From a virus (Duplodnaviria > Caudoviricetes): a stretch of DNA of 31,296 bases. The notes below the pieces were generated by a model that ran no database searches, was not told the origin of the DNA, and worked only from the letters and a program-made list of their open reading frames with translations. Each line of letters begins with the position of its first letter. Position 1 is the stretch's first letter. The DNA is taken from positions 1 to 31,296 of IMG/VR virus record IMGVR_UViG_3300017774_005843, one strand, 5' to 3'. A program made the position numbers and the translations under genes. Below, in pieces: positions 1-10,500 of the stretch.

Positions 1-599
1 ATTCCCAGGGCAATACTCAAGGCAAAATCATTACGATAGGTCTTGTTGTCAATGCCATACAGTGCTCGATAGTGTTCCCAATTGTCACGTATCATCTGCA
101 TGCAGTCAAATATATATTGTGCAGTGTTTGACCGACGAAATAACATTACTGTGGCCCACCACATGGGCATGCTATGGCGCCCAAAAACATTGAGTCCTTT
201 CAAAGGATGCCCAGTGTTGAGGTTGATGGCCGATCGATGACACATAAAGTCTGTGTTGTATTCTAAAATTCTTTTGAGATCTGAACTGGCCACCACATAA
301 TCGGCATCCAGTACCAAGGTGCGATCCCAGGGTGTTAGATCATATGCGTTGACCCTGCCAGCATTGTGCCAGGTCACTGTGCTGGCGTAATCTTCAAACC
401 ATCGTGTGCCACCGGATTCGGCTGTTGCCGGTACCACTTGATCAAATGCCTTGAGTCTGGGATCTGCAGGGTCTGCATCTGTGACCACTGCAACCGGAAT
501 GTTCAAGTGCCGTCGAATGTTTTCGGCACTCCAGGCAGCCATTCGCACATAATCAGTGGCTTCGTTGTTGAAGGCAAATATTAGTGCTCCTGTGCTCAT
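1..599 (-). CDS. GT-A fold glycosyltransferase (nucleotide-diphospho-sugar transferase family), 3'-truncated by the window edge; absent from the ORF track
   Basis: Manual translation from ATG at 599 (ATGA overlap with the upstream stop at 598-596) is open to the window edge: MSTGALIFAFNNEATDYVRMAAWSAENIRRHLNIPVAVVTD...NAYDLTPWDRTLVLDADYVV...WWATVMLFRRS...YRNDFALSIALG. The hydrophobic strand followed by DxD (TLVLDAD) after 'Y.L.P.D.T' is the classic GT-A metal/NDP-sugar motif. Confidence 0.8.
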   Translation of the reverse strand, partial: MSTGALIFAFNNEATDYVRMAAWSAENIRRHLNIPVAVVTDADPADPRLKAFDQVVPATAESGGTRWFEDYASTVTWHNAGRVNAYDLTPWDRTLVLDADYVVASSDLKRILEYNTDFMCHRSAINLNTGHPLKGLNVFGRHSMPMWWATVMLFRRSNTAQYIFDCMQMIRDNWEHYRALYGIDNKTYRNDFALSIALG

Positions 600-904
600 C
601 GTTTTTTGTTCAACTCATCATGTTCAACAAGCCATGCATTCAGTTGTTCTTGCCAACGATCAAACACCAGGTGTTGTAATTCTAACGGACTTATCTTTAC
701 AGGAGTATCATAAAGATCCAGTAACACTACATGATCCTCAACAGGAACAGATTGTAGCACTGCCAGCAGTTCGGGGCCAGCACGCCACATTCCACCGTTG
801 TGGGCAAACAGCATACGAGCCTGGTATTTTTCTTTGAGCACACGGCGTGCAGTTGCATGATCAAACCGTGTTCGTGCGTGGGCAATTAAAGCATCAGTAT
901 CCAT
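596..904 (-). CDS. Hypothetical phage protein, 102 aa (possibly a tail-fibre-assembly/DUF4376-like chaperone; weak)
   Basis: ATG start 6 nt after a TATACT -10 box, and the TGA stop overlaps the next ATG (ATGA). The chaperone resemblance (GG.W...LLD..D.PV.I...EL..L pattern, position downstream of fibre genes) is inference only. Confidence 0.75.
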   Translation of the reverse strand: MDTDALIAHARTRFDHATARRVLKEKYQARMLFAHNGGMWRAGPELLAVLQSVPVEDHVVLLDLYDTPVKISPLELQHLVFDRWQEQLNAWLVEHDELNKKR

Positions 905-910
905 GCTAGT

Positions 911-939
911 AGTATACAGGAAAAAGCAGCAAAAGTAAA
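911..939 (-). promoter_or_regulatory. Sigma70-type promoter TTTACT-N17-TATACT, predicted to give a leaderless mRNA for the 102-aa gene
   Basis: Minus strand: -35 TTTACT (939-934), 17-nt spacer (933-917), -10 TATACT (916-911), then 6 nt, then ATG at 904. No Shine-Dalgarno lies between the -10 box and the start. Confidence 0.65.
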
Positions 940-956
940 GGGCCCAGCAACCCTTT
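921..956 (-). terminator. Probable intrinsic terminator ending the tail-structural transcript
   Basis: Minus strand AAAGGG-TTGCTGGG-CCCTTT stem (956-951/942-937) begins 3 nt after the TAA of the 321-aa gene and is followed by ACTTTTGCTGCTTTTT. The stem is short, so its strength is uncertain. Confidence 0.5.
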
Positions 957-959
957 TGG

Positions 960-1925
960 TTAAGTTGTTGTGGCAGCTACAGTGGGTGTGCCCCACGACG
1001 CGGTCAAGTATGTGGTACTTGGTGGGAAATAGGTCACAATTGTGGTGGGTGCCGTGCCCGCGGTTGCTCCCGAACTGGCTGTGCCTCCTGAAATTGGATC
1101 ACCATCTGATGCTGACCAGAGTGTTGTGATAACCAATGTGTCCGAACCAGCACCTTTGGCAATTGAGTGTTGAATAAAATTGCTGGTATAAGGAGCAGTG
1201 TCAGCAAATTGTTTGTACACAATGGTAGCACCTGCGCCAGCTGTCAAGTCATTAAATCCTGTGGTAGTGAGTAATGTGGTTGGCGTGCCTGTGCCTCCAC
1301 TTTTGGTGGTGCCTGTGTAGTTGGCACCAGAAATGGTTTGTGTGGCTGTGCCTCCTGTGATAAAAATATCACCGCACAAGGTGTTGGCCAGGTCGTTCCA
1401 TTCTGGGTCACCTGTGGCACCTGTGGCAGTTTTTGACACATCAATCTTGACTCGGCCGCCGGCGTTGAAGAAATAACGAGCAGCATCAGCTGATGCAAAT
1501 GTCACTGTGTTCACAAATGAGATAGTCCAAGTGGCGCCCGAAGTGGCTGCTGTTTTTGAATTGGTGCCGGTGTAGCCTGTGAACTGTGTACCATTGGCCA
1601 CGGCGTTTTGGCGGTTGGTAGTAATGTTGGTCAGGTCAGTGTTGAGTGCAGCCAGAATGTCAATGGTGTTGCCGGCCACTGGGGCGACCCTAGCAGTGAT
1701 AGTTGTACCTGTGTGGCTGCCCATACTGCTAATGGTGTTGACCAGGCTGGCCCATTGGGTAGCAGTGATTGATCCTGCTGCTGACACAGTGGTCAGTGCT
1801 GTTTGTCCCCACCCTGAATCAGTTGAGCCAGTGCTCCATACGTTGTTGACGTTGGCTCCTGCTGTGGTACTTGCAAAACCGTTGTAGTCTGTGGCTTCAA
1901 TTAAGCTGCCTGATGAATATGCCAT
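960..1925 (-). CDS. Virion structural protein (tail/fibre-associated), Thr/Ala/Gly/Ser-rich, 321 aa
   Basis: AGGA Shine-Dalgarno upstream and ATG-GC start. N-terminal MAYSSGSLIEATDYN...GWGQ...ITATQWASL and ARYFFNAGG motifs resemble those I recall from structural proteins of large T4-related phages. It lies directly downstream of the tail fibre. Confidence 0.7.
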   Translation of the reverse strand: MAYSSGSLIEATDYNGFASTTAGANVNNVWSTGSTDSGWGQTALTTVSAAGSITATQWASLVNTISSMGSHTGTTITARVAPVAGNTIDILAALNTDLTNITTNRQNAVANGTQFTGYTGTNSKTAATSGATWTISFVNTVTFASADAARYFFNAGGRVKIDVSKTATGATGDPEWNDLANTLCGDIFITGGTATQTISGANYTGTTKSGGTGTPTTLLTTTGFNDLTAGAGATIVYKQFADTAPYTSNFIQHSIAKGAGSDTLVITTLWSASDGDPISGGTASSGATAGTAPTTIVTYFPPSTTYLTASWGTPTVAATTT

Positions 1926-1939
1926 TTTGGTATCCTATG

Positions 1940-3727
1940 TTAGTTCTTGATTGTGACAATTGCTTCAATTGTACCTGATTCAGGGGTGAGTTTGTCAACC
2001 AAGCTTCGTCCAATCACGTTGAATGCTGTGGCTTCGCCAGGTGCTGCTGCTCGAGCAACGCCATCGCCGGCACTGACCAGTCGATCGCCCTTGCGTACCC
2101 GCCCTACTATCTTGACTGGCACACGCCCAGTCATGGCCACAGCAGGATGAGTATCGTCTTCACCGGCTCCACCGTTCATCATAAATGCAGGATTGGTTGA
2201 AATAACTCCAAACACCTGCTCGCTCAGTTCGCTTGTGGCCCGGGTAATTTCTTTGGTTCCACCAAGTTCAACCACTGTGCCTGGCTCCATGACTTCGTCA
2301 GATGCAAATCTTTCTGCAACGTCAGCGTACAGGGCAGTGGTTGCTGTGGCAAACACACGGTTAAAGTAATTGACAGAACTGCCAATATTGCCCACAGCAT
2401 TAGTTCCTGATTTGGCAATACTAGGTGTTGTGAGCCCTGTGAACACGCCGCCTGTGGTTGTGAACACAGCCACGTTTGATGTTCCGCCCACATCAAAGTT
2501 GATGTTGCCACCCGAAGTGCCAACGTTGCCTTCTGACGTGCCGTTTTGGAACTTTGTAACACTAACGCCCAAGCTCAAGCCTGTCAGTTGTGAACCGTTA
2601 CCAATAAAAAACGTGCCAGCGACATTGGCTGCGCTGGTGATATTGCCTGTGGCACTGACCAGGCCTGCTGTGCGCAAGTTGCCGCCAGTGACGTTGGCAG
2701 TGCTGGTAATTGCACCTGCTGCAGTGATCAGACCTGCTGTGATGATGTTGCCGCCAGTGACGTTGCCTGTGGCCACAACTTGTGCACCTGTGTTCAAATT
2801 TGCACCAGTAATATTGCCAGTCACACTGAGTGTTGTGCCTACTGTGGCAGCATTGCTGATTGCAAATGTGCCGCTGGCTCCCAGTGCACGAGCAACGTCA
2901 TACAATGTTCCGCCCACGTTGGATTGAATTACCAAGTTGCCACCTGAAATTCCACTGCGTACAACACCATCGTTGCCGGTTTCAGAAATGATAGCAGCAT
3001 TGGCAGTTCCCACAAACAAGCCTAGATCATTGTTGATTCGCACCGTACCAGTGGTGGCGGTGTTGGCAGTGGCCCGCATGAAGTCAGTTGAGTCCAGATT
3101 GTCCAGCAACTGGGCATTGGTTGCACTTCCGCTAAACACCGGTGATCCCGAATTGTACAATGTAATACCATTGAAGATTGACGGGAAGTCTGTGTTGATA
3201 GGAGCAGCAGGAGTAAAAGTAGCGTCTTTGCTTACAATAGCTACTCTTGTGTTGTTCACATACAAGCTGGTTATAAAGTGAGGACTTGAACCAGAATCGT
3301 TAATGGTTTCAGGAATAGCACCTGAAGTACCTTGAGTGCTGGAGAAAGCAGGACCTACCACAATAAATGCAGCACCTGTCCAAACTTTGACCTGTTGGTT
3401 TGTAGTATCATACCACAAGTCGCCGGTTACGTTTGATGCTGGCGCGGTAGCACTTGCTGTTGCAGCACTGATAGTTTTGAATGTAGTGCCATTGTAGACC
3501 TTGAGCAGAGTGTTGGTTTTGTCCCACCACAGTTGTCCTGTCAGCGGAGCAGCAGGTGCTGTGGTGTTTGCACCATTTTCCAGCAAGTGAATAAAGTTTT
3601 CGTCCAAAAACTCACCGTATCCAGCGTAGTTTTTGCCTACCAGGATCATGCTTGAGCTGGTGTTTACTGTACCGTCTGCAATTGTTGCAAAAACGTTACC
3701 GTCGGTAAGATTGATTGTATATGCCAT
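1940..3727 (-). CDS. Tail fibre/spike protein with C-terminal peptidase G2-like intramolecular chaperone (autocleavage) domain, 595 aa
   Basis: N-terminal fibre-attachment motifs (GKNYAGYGE...LLEN, GQLWWD, GDLWYD); central GN(I/V)TG(G/A)N(L/I) repeats; C-terminal YADVAE...PGTVV...GVIS...VAMTGRVPVK...KGDRLVS matches the peptidase_G2/phi29 gp12 chaperone pattern. Confidence 0.8.
   Translation of the reverse strand: MAYTINLTDGNVFATIADGTVNTSSSMILVGKNYAGYGEFLDENFIHLLENGANTTAPAAPLTGQLWWDKTNTLLKVYNGTTFKTISAATASATAPASNVTGDLWYDTTNQQVKVWTGAAFIVVGPAFSSTQGTSGAIPETINDSGSSPHFITSLYVNNTRVAIVSKDATFTPAAPINTDFPSIFNGITLYNSGSPVFSGSATNAQLLDNLDSTDFMRATANTATTGTVRINNDLGLFVGTANAAIISETGNDGVVRSGISGGNLVIQSNVGGTLYDVARALGASGTFAISNAATVGTTLSVTGNITGANLNTGAQVVATGNVTGGNIITAGLITAAGAITSTANVTGGNLRTAGLVSATGNITSAANVAGTFFIGNGSQLTGLSLGVSVTKFQNGTSEGNVGTSGGNINFDVGGTSNVAVFTTTGGVFTGLTTPSIAKSGTNAVGNIGSSVNYFNRVFATATTALYADVAERFASDEVMEPGTVVELGGTKEITRATSELSEQVFGVISTNPAFMMNGGAGEDDTHPAVAMTGRVPVKIVGRVRKGDRLVSAGDGVARAAAPGEATAFNVIGRSLVDKLTPESGTIEAIVTIKN
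2620..2830 (-). repeat. Coding repeats GN(I/V)TG(G/A)N(L/I) in the tail-fibre shaft
   Basis: Peptide repeats GNITGANL, GNVTGGNI, ANVTGGNL and GNITSAANV. An identical 19-bp DNA stretch gttgccgccagtgacgttg occurs at 2678-2696 and 2747-2765 (69 bp apart). Confidence 0.75.
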
Positions 3728-3752
3728 GTTGGTCGCCTATTCCTGTTGTCAA

Positions 3753-3760
3753 TATTTATA
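3753..3760 (-). promoter_or_regulatory. T4-type late promoter TATAAATA upstream of the tail fibre gene
   Basis: Exact TATAAATA on the minus strand, overlapping the TAA stop of the 202-aa gene, 25 nt before ATG 3727, with an AGGA SD in between. It matches the T4 gp55 late consensus. Confidence 0.75.
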
Positions 3761-4364
3761 CAGCATTGATGTTACTCAATGTTTGAATTCTCACTGTGTA
3801 ATCAATTTGAATCTGTCGGTTCAAACTCTTTTGTACAGGGTGAAAAATTACGTGTGTAATCAAACGTAGATTGTCTGCAGCACCGTTCCAGACTTTGAGT
3901 CCCAGTTCGTCAAATACAAATTCGCCGTTGAAGTTGGTGCTGTTGTCAAATGCCTGCTGTGTTGGCGGTTCACCGTAGTCCAACAAACATGTGACCAAGA
4001 TATCGGTGTACACGTTGCCCGAAGTGTGCAACACAGTCATGCCGTTGTTTACAGGATCTTGGTTGGCTGCACTTTGATCATCCACTACTTTTTGATAGGT
4101 TTGATTGTATAGGTCAGCGTTTTGTCCAATGGTATTAGGGGGCAAATAGGTAATAACACCCGTGGGGTCAACTGAACTGCCGCCGTTGCCAAAAGCCATT
4201 TCGTAGATGTAGCCCAGATTTCTGTTGCTCAGAGTCTGTGCCATAGCAATTGAAATGTTTTCGTAGTGAATGGCATTCTTTTTGTCCACAAAAACTTCGC
4301 CGTTGTTGGGATCGTGAATTTTTAAAAAGCCTTCAATTTTTGCAAAACCAGGAGTGATAATCAT
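3756..4364 (-). CDS. Conserved phage virion structural protein (probable baseplate/fibre attachment), 202 aa
   Basis: GGAGG SD and ATGA coupling to the upstream ORF. Motifs MAFGNGG, LDYGEP, FDELGL and HPVQKSLNR...YTVRIQ. It sits between the giant baseplate protein and the fibre. Confidence 0.75.
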   Translation of the reverse strand: MIITPGFAKIEGFLKIHDPNNGEVFVDKKNAIHYENISIAMAQTLSNRNLGYIYEMAFGNGGSSVDPTGVITYLPPNTIGQNADLYNQTYQKVVDDQSAANQDPVNNGMTVLHTSGNVYTDILVTCLLDYGEPPTQQAFDNSTNFNGEFVFDELGLKVWNGAADNLRLITHVIFHPVQKSLNRQIQIDYTVRIQTLSNINAV

Positions 4365-4510
4365 GCTCGTCCCTCCACGTAGGTTTTTTGGGTAGCAGGA
4401 TCAAAAATTCTCATGTGAGCTTGCACCGAAATAGACCCTTTTTCGTTGGGCTTTGCGGGACGCTGCTGAACAGCAGGTGCTGCGGGTTTTGTTGACTGTG
4501 TGTTTGTCAT
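4361..4510 (-). CDS. Small 49-aa protein (not in the ORF track): MTNTQSTKPAAPAVQQRPAKPNEKGSISVQAHMRIFDPATQKTYVEGRA
   Basis: Exactly fills the gap between the giant gene and the 202-aa gene. ATG at 4510 lies 7 nt after GGTAAATA, and the TGA overlaps the next ATG (ATGA). Its C-terminal half resembles the N-terminus of the downstream protein. Confidence 0.75.
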   Translation of the reverse strand: MTNTQSTKPAAPAVQQRPAKPNEKGSISVQAHMRIFDPATQKTYVEGRA

Positions 4511-4517
4511 GATCTTT

Positions 4518-4525
4518 TATTTACC
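4518..4525 (-). promoter_or_regulatory. Late-promoter-like element GGTAAATA
   Basis: TAAATA core in the 19-nt gap after the giant gene stop, 7 nt upstream of ATG 4510. Confidence 0.55.
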
Positions 4526-4529
4526 TTGT

Positions 4530-7500
4530 TTATAGCCCACGCAAGAACCTTGCTGCACGAGTATTGGTATCTTGCAGGGCAACACCATTGCTAGCAGTGC
4601 CTGTGCCTGGTTCATACCAAGTTACACCACGGCGAATTAGAATAGTAACTTCAACTCCTTCTGGTGGCAATGCTTCCAAAAATTCCACAGCCACAGGATC
4701 AAAATCAGTCACTATCCAAGGGTACAGCGATTCTGTAATAAAAGCAGGATACTGACGTTGGCCGCCCACATATACTTCAAGGGCATCAACAAATACTGTG
4801 CTAGAATCTCCAAAATCAACGTCGGTTATGCTTGGTGCGTAATATACCATGGTTGATCCGTCACTGAGTGCTGTGTCACTGACCACACGATCTTGATACT
4901 CTAGATCCAGCAAGTTGCCTCGGCCAAGGTCGGTTACACTTGCTCCCACTGCATGATCAGCAGCAGCCGTGCCTGCAGTGCCTCGTAGCAAACTGCTGAT
5001 AGTGTTTGTAGCAAGATCACGTGTGCGATACATGATACGTTCGCCATCAATAATTACTACACCAAAAACACCTAACTCTAAATTAGACTCACTTAGTGCA
5101 GTAGCATCAACCACCTGGATAGAATCCGCAGTAGCAGACACGGTTGCAGCAAGCTCCGTAGTTGTAGCACGAGTAATTCTGTAAACTGCTTGTACTCCAC
5201 GCATGTCCTGGAATATACGGAAAGCCATTTCTTCAGGAGTCACACTGTTGGTGAACTGAGTCACAGCCATTACCTGTGTTGATCCAATTGCACCTGAACT
5301 CAAGATCAAAAATCCATTTTCCACTGTGTAGTCTGCACCTTCAAACAGTCTCACTCCATCTAGTGTGACCCAGAGTCTGCTGGCCACAATGTCTGTGCGT
5401 CCTAGGTTAAACTGATTGTTGGCCACTGACGTACCAGCGGTGTAATCATAAGATCCCGGAGTGTCGTTGACCACTGCTGTATCGTAATCAGTGCTGTCGT
5501 AGGGTTCATTGATGACCACGCCAGACACAACTGGACCTACAAATACCTGTGTCAATATATTTTGTTGGGAAGTGTCATTCCAGGTGATAATTTCAAATAC
5601 ATCACCAGTATTCACTGTGCTCGCAATTTGAACTTGATTGATTGCTATCACATAATCGGCCACTGTGTTGACTGATATCAATATTGTGGCTCCTGCTGCA
5701 GGAGCAGTTTCAAATACCACTTGGCGGCCCGGAGTGTTTGAGCCGTCCCAGTTGGACACACTAAAATCTCCCACAAACGATCCAAGACTTTGTGTCTGGA
5801 CTACACCGTCTACCCATACCAGAACGTCGGTAACAGGATCAATAATGCTTTGTTGATAACCACCTCGCTGCGGCAATCCAAAACTCACGCTGCTGTCGTC
5901 ACCAATCCATTCAATACCTTCGGCAGGACGTAGTCTCGAGCCGTTGCGTGTCACAATCATGTTGGCAGGATTAGTGCCTTCGAGACTGTTGATTGCTGTG
6001 ATAGTTTTGGTGATGGTCAAGGCAGCATTAGCCACCACTGTTTGCGTTTGCGGAGTACTCCAGGAGTATTGAATTGGACTTGTTGTGCCCAGGGCCAACA
6101 ATGAAACTCCATCATCAAAGCCCAAGGTAGTGCCAAAACTTACTTGAGTTTGCAGAGTTGGCACAAACTCAAACCAGTACAGCAAATTGTCAATGGCAAC
6201 ACCAATTGGCACTGGTTGCAATGCACGATAGTATGTATTGTCATCAATTACCACAGCCGATTGCTCATATGAATCAAAAATTGACCATGTGGCAGCGTCA
6301 AAGTATGGAACCAAACTCACACTGTTAATCAATTGACCGTTTACAAAAACTGCTACTTCAAAAATTTCAGCTTCGTTGACTGGAATAATCACTGAACTGC
6401 CAACGTCTGCTCCAATGTAGTTGGCACGATACAGCTGACTTCCGCCACCGGCTTCGTAGACAGAAATATTCACAATGTCGTTGTTGGCAACTTCCGACAC
6501 AAAAGACACAGTCTGGTTCACCCAGTTCACTGTGTAGTTGATGTCGCTAACTAGGTCACGCCCTGTGGTCAAATTGCTGACCAACACTTGCACAGGGTTT
6601 TCAACCACGTTGGCCCAGCTGTATGCCACAGTCACAGCAGGTTCATAAGTGTATCGTACCGTACCAATTTCAAACCCGTGCCCATCAAGACTCCAGTCGC
6701 TGCCGGGTCGGGTAAACACTCGGAAATCTAGCGTGTCAAATTCTGAACCGTTGACTAGTTCTTCGGGAGCATATCCCTCATAAGGCCCAATGAATTGTCC
6801 GCCGTTGACATTGATATCAGAGAAACGATTGCCCAGTGCAGTGTCAGTGAATTCACTTTGATACACTGCGTCCAGCACACCAGGATCACCCAAGAAGTAT
6901 TCGCCATACACCTGCACTCCTGGGTAGTCTACTCCGTCAATCAACAGTGGCAGTTCTAGTCCTGGTGAATTAACTCCGGCCACATACAAGCCCATGGTAC
7001 GGTCAACACCGCTAAGACCCAGACCGTTGTTGTAGGTTCCTGCGTTGACCAGGTCCCAGTTTTCCAGATCAAATGTAGGGCCCACAACTGCGGTACTGTC
7101 TTGACTGTCAGCTTGCCACACTCGATTGTCGTAACGAACCAGGTCTCCGTTTTGGTAAGTGGCATCCGCGTTCCATTCGGTCAGTGTTGGTACATATTGA
7201 TAACGGTCAAATTTCATGGTAGTACGGATTGTGCGTACGGGACTATAGTAATCAACTGTTGTGGGAATCACTGATTCACTGTAGTCTTGAGCAGCAGCAG
7301 ATCCATTCATGGTTGCGTATGCACGAACACCTGATCCGTTGCCGCCTGTGAATGTTATCACAGGAGTTGCACTATACCCCACACCAGGAGTTGTAATTGT
7401 TACTCCAACCACTTGACCTAGACTGTTGATCACAGCAAATCCTTTTGCTGGTTGAACTGCAGTGCCCACAAACGTGACCACCGGTGCTTCATTGTAACCT

Positions 7501-10500
7501 TGGCCACCTGAAATAATGTCAACGTTGATGAGATTCAACAAGTAATTTTGAATCCATTGTGAATAAGGCCATTGTGTCCACACTGTGCTAGAAGCAGGCA
7601 AATTGCTTGCGTCTGTGAGAGTGGCGTTGAACGCTGTGCTCTGTTGATATGGCAGCAGCACTGGACTGGTGTATTGCGGTATTTCAATGCTGGTATTAAA
7701 GTAGGCCGGCACATCAAAGTCAGCAACATCACCACGGAAGTCATCAAAACCTGCATATTGCAAATTAAATTCGCGAATTTGCACATGGTATGGTTTGACT
7801 TCTTGAATATAGTCTTCTACAAATTCTTGGTTGTCTCGAATGTAGTTTTGGTAAGGCACTAGATCGCGAATTCTGTGATCCACGTCAATCAGACTGGTTT
7901 TGACCAGCCATTCGGGGGCAGAAAACTCGCTCAACACATAGTCAAACATCAAGATCAATGAACGGTTGCGTTCAATTGCTAGATCATCAATGAACAATTC
8001 TTCGTTGATGGCTTGAATAATTTTACGGGTTTCAATCACAGGTTCCTGGTCGTAGTACTGTGCATCAAAAACTTCAAGATCAAATCCAAATCGTCCCAGG
8101 GCATAGTCCCACAATTCTGCTGAGAATTCAATGGTTCCATCTTCTAGTCCCACACGTTCCCAAGCAAGGTCAGTCTTTAGGTAAATTTCAAACTTGCCTT
8201 GTGCATTGGCTGTGACTTTGACACTGGATCCCACCGGCACACTCAGTGTGTCTAGCAAACTGAAACTAGCCACTTCGGTTATTAACTTGCTGCTAGAATT
8301 GTATCCAGGGCGGTACCAATCAATGTAACTCCAGTAATCTGGAGTGTTGAAGTTTTGCACTCGGACAAGTACGAGTACCCGCTCACCCAGTAGTGTGTCG
8401 CTGTTTTGAACTGTATAGATAGTCCACAGGCCTCGATTGTTGCTGTCGGTTTGCACCAGGTATCGATAGCCCAGGGCCACGGCATAGATGTTTTGGAAGC
8501 TGAGAATTTCCAAATTGGCTACCCGTAGATTCCACAATCCTGAATTGGCCTTGGGTTCTGGCTCACTGGAGTTGAGCAAATTGAACACACGACTTTCTGT
8601 AATGGGATACTGTTTGAGTACAGAATTTGCTCGTGTTAGATAGTTGCGCAATGCTTCAAATCGATCCACAAACATGCTCTGTCGTGGACGGAATTGTACA
8701 CCATACCGTTCTGCTGGGCTTAGATTCAGATCAGGAACTTGATTACCAAATGTATCTACTCCGCAGAAACTGTCTTGTAACTTGCGATACAAGTTGTTGC
8801 TCAAGAAACCATCTGCACGGCCTTGCGCAATCAATTCATATTCCACGTGCACATTGTCTGTGGTCAGTTCTCGGTCAAATTCAATGTGCAACACAGTGTC
8901 GCTGGCTTCGATAAAGTCTCCAGAGTTGTACAAAGCCACAGTGCTGGCGTTGATAGGAGCTAGATAAGGAATGCCGCTGGCTCGTGGATTTTCAATGTAA
9001 CTGGCCACAGTGCTAACCGGCAGTGTCTTGCGTGGTGCTGTCACAGTGATACCACGCACCCAGAAATAATACTCTGTGACAATTGTACCATCAGCGGCCA
9101 ATTTAGAATTTACTGTGTAACTGAGATTGTTAAGCACTGTGCCTACGCCTGTGTAGTTGGCAGGTGGTACAGGGCTCACTATCCATTGATAAACATCTAC
9201 GGAACTGCCCGGGAATACCTGGGCCCAGCGGCGGCTTGCATACACAATATCATCTTGATTGGGATCAATAAATCTTACTGTGCTGGTATTCCACCACACT
9301 TGACCCACATAACTTGCTGCCCATGTAGTACCACGAATATTAGAAACTCCGGAATTGTAAGATGCAGGGTCAATTCCACCAATGTAGTCAATGTTTTGTC
9401 GGGCAGCACCTAGAATTTTGCCTTGCAATGGATCCATGAAGTCCAAGAACTCTGTGGTTGCACTGGTGATCTGATTGTACAAGAATACTGAATTCAGCAG
9501 TCTAATATCCACCACTGGCTGCTGAACAGCAGTGGCCTGCCACACAGGAGATCGAGTTGCGTTTTCATACACAAACACACTGCCGTAGTTGGTTTCTGCA
9601 GAGTCGCCAACATCAGCATCAGGTGCACCTATCATGAGCAGGCCCGAAGTATAGTTCACAGCGGTGCCAAAGTTGGCATAAGGTGTTACTTCAATTGTGG
9701 AAATTTGTGCACCAAACACAAACTTGCCAGGATTGGACACTGATTCTGAATCACTTGGCAAGTAGTCAAATGTGTACACTGCGCCACTCTGTACAATGCT
9801 GCTGAAGAATTCTGTACTGCCCACGTCAAATATAGTGGTACCATCATCAAATTCAACTTCAAGGTACAAGGTTCCTCGTGGAGCACCAACCACAAGATTG
9901 ATTGCTGATGTGTCAATGCTGACGCTGCTGCCAAATCCAGCAAACGCAATAGGATAAGGACTAGCAACATTTTGTGCCCAAACAAATGTACGGAATCCTA
10001 GGTCAACAAATGCTGTGCCCACACTGCCTGGTGCCACTTGCAGCTTGTTACCATAAGGTGCTGCTGCACTGTTTTTGACACTCAGTGTCAAAATACCAGC
10101 AGTCACAGTGGCCAACACATTGGGCACACCTGATTGAAGGCCCACAGGCAATCCGTTGATTGCGTCGGCCAGACCTTGTACTGTGGGGTTGACAGCAGGA
10201 ACTTCAACATCAATGTTGTTGACTCTTAAAGTGTTACCAGCAGTCAACACAGGATTGGCCAATGTGGCAGCAATAGAACCGTATAGTCGACTTTGGTTTA
10301 CACTGCGTTCAACAATGCCACCTTTGTACACTTGTACACTGCTTTGAGGTTCACCCACATACAAACTACAGTTGTTGCTGCATAAATCAACTGCAAAACC
10401 AAAATTACAAAACTCTGCCACAGTGTTTTGTGTCACAGTTTGAATCAGCCCAAATTGGTTGGTTTCAATTTCTATATTGTCACCAACGTTCAATTCATCT

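Noticed and set aside
3723-3752. Perfect TTGACA (-35 box) right after the TATAAATA element on the minus strand
   Set aside because: No plausible -10 hexamer lies 16-18 nt downstream (that position falls on the start codon region), so it is likely coincidental.
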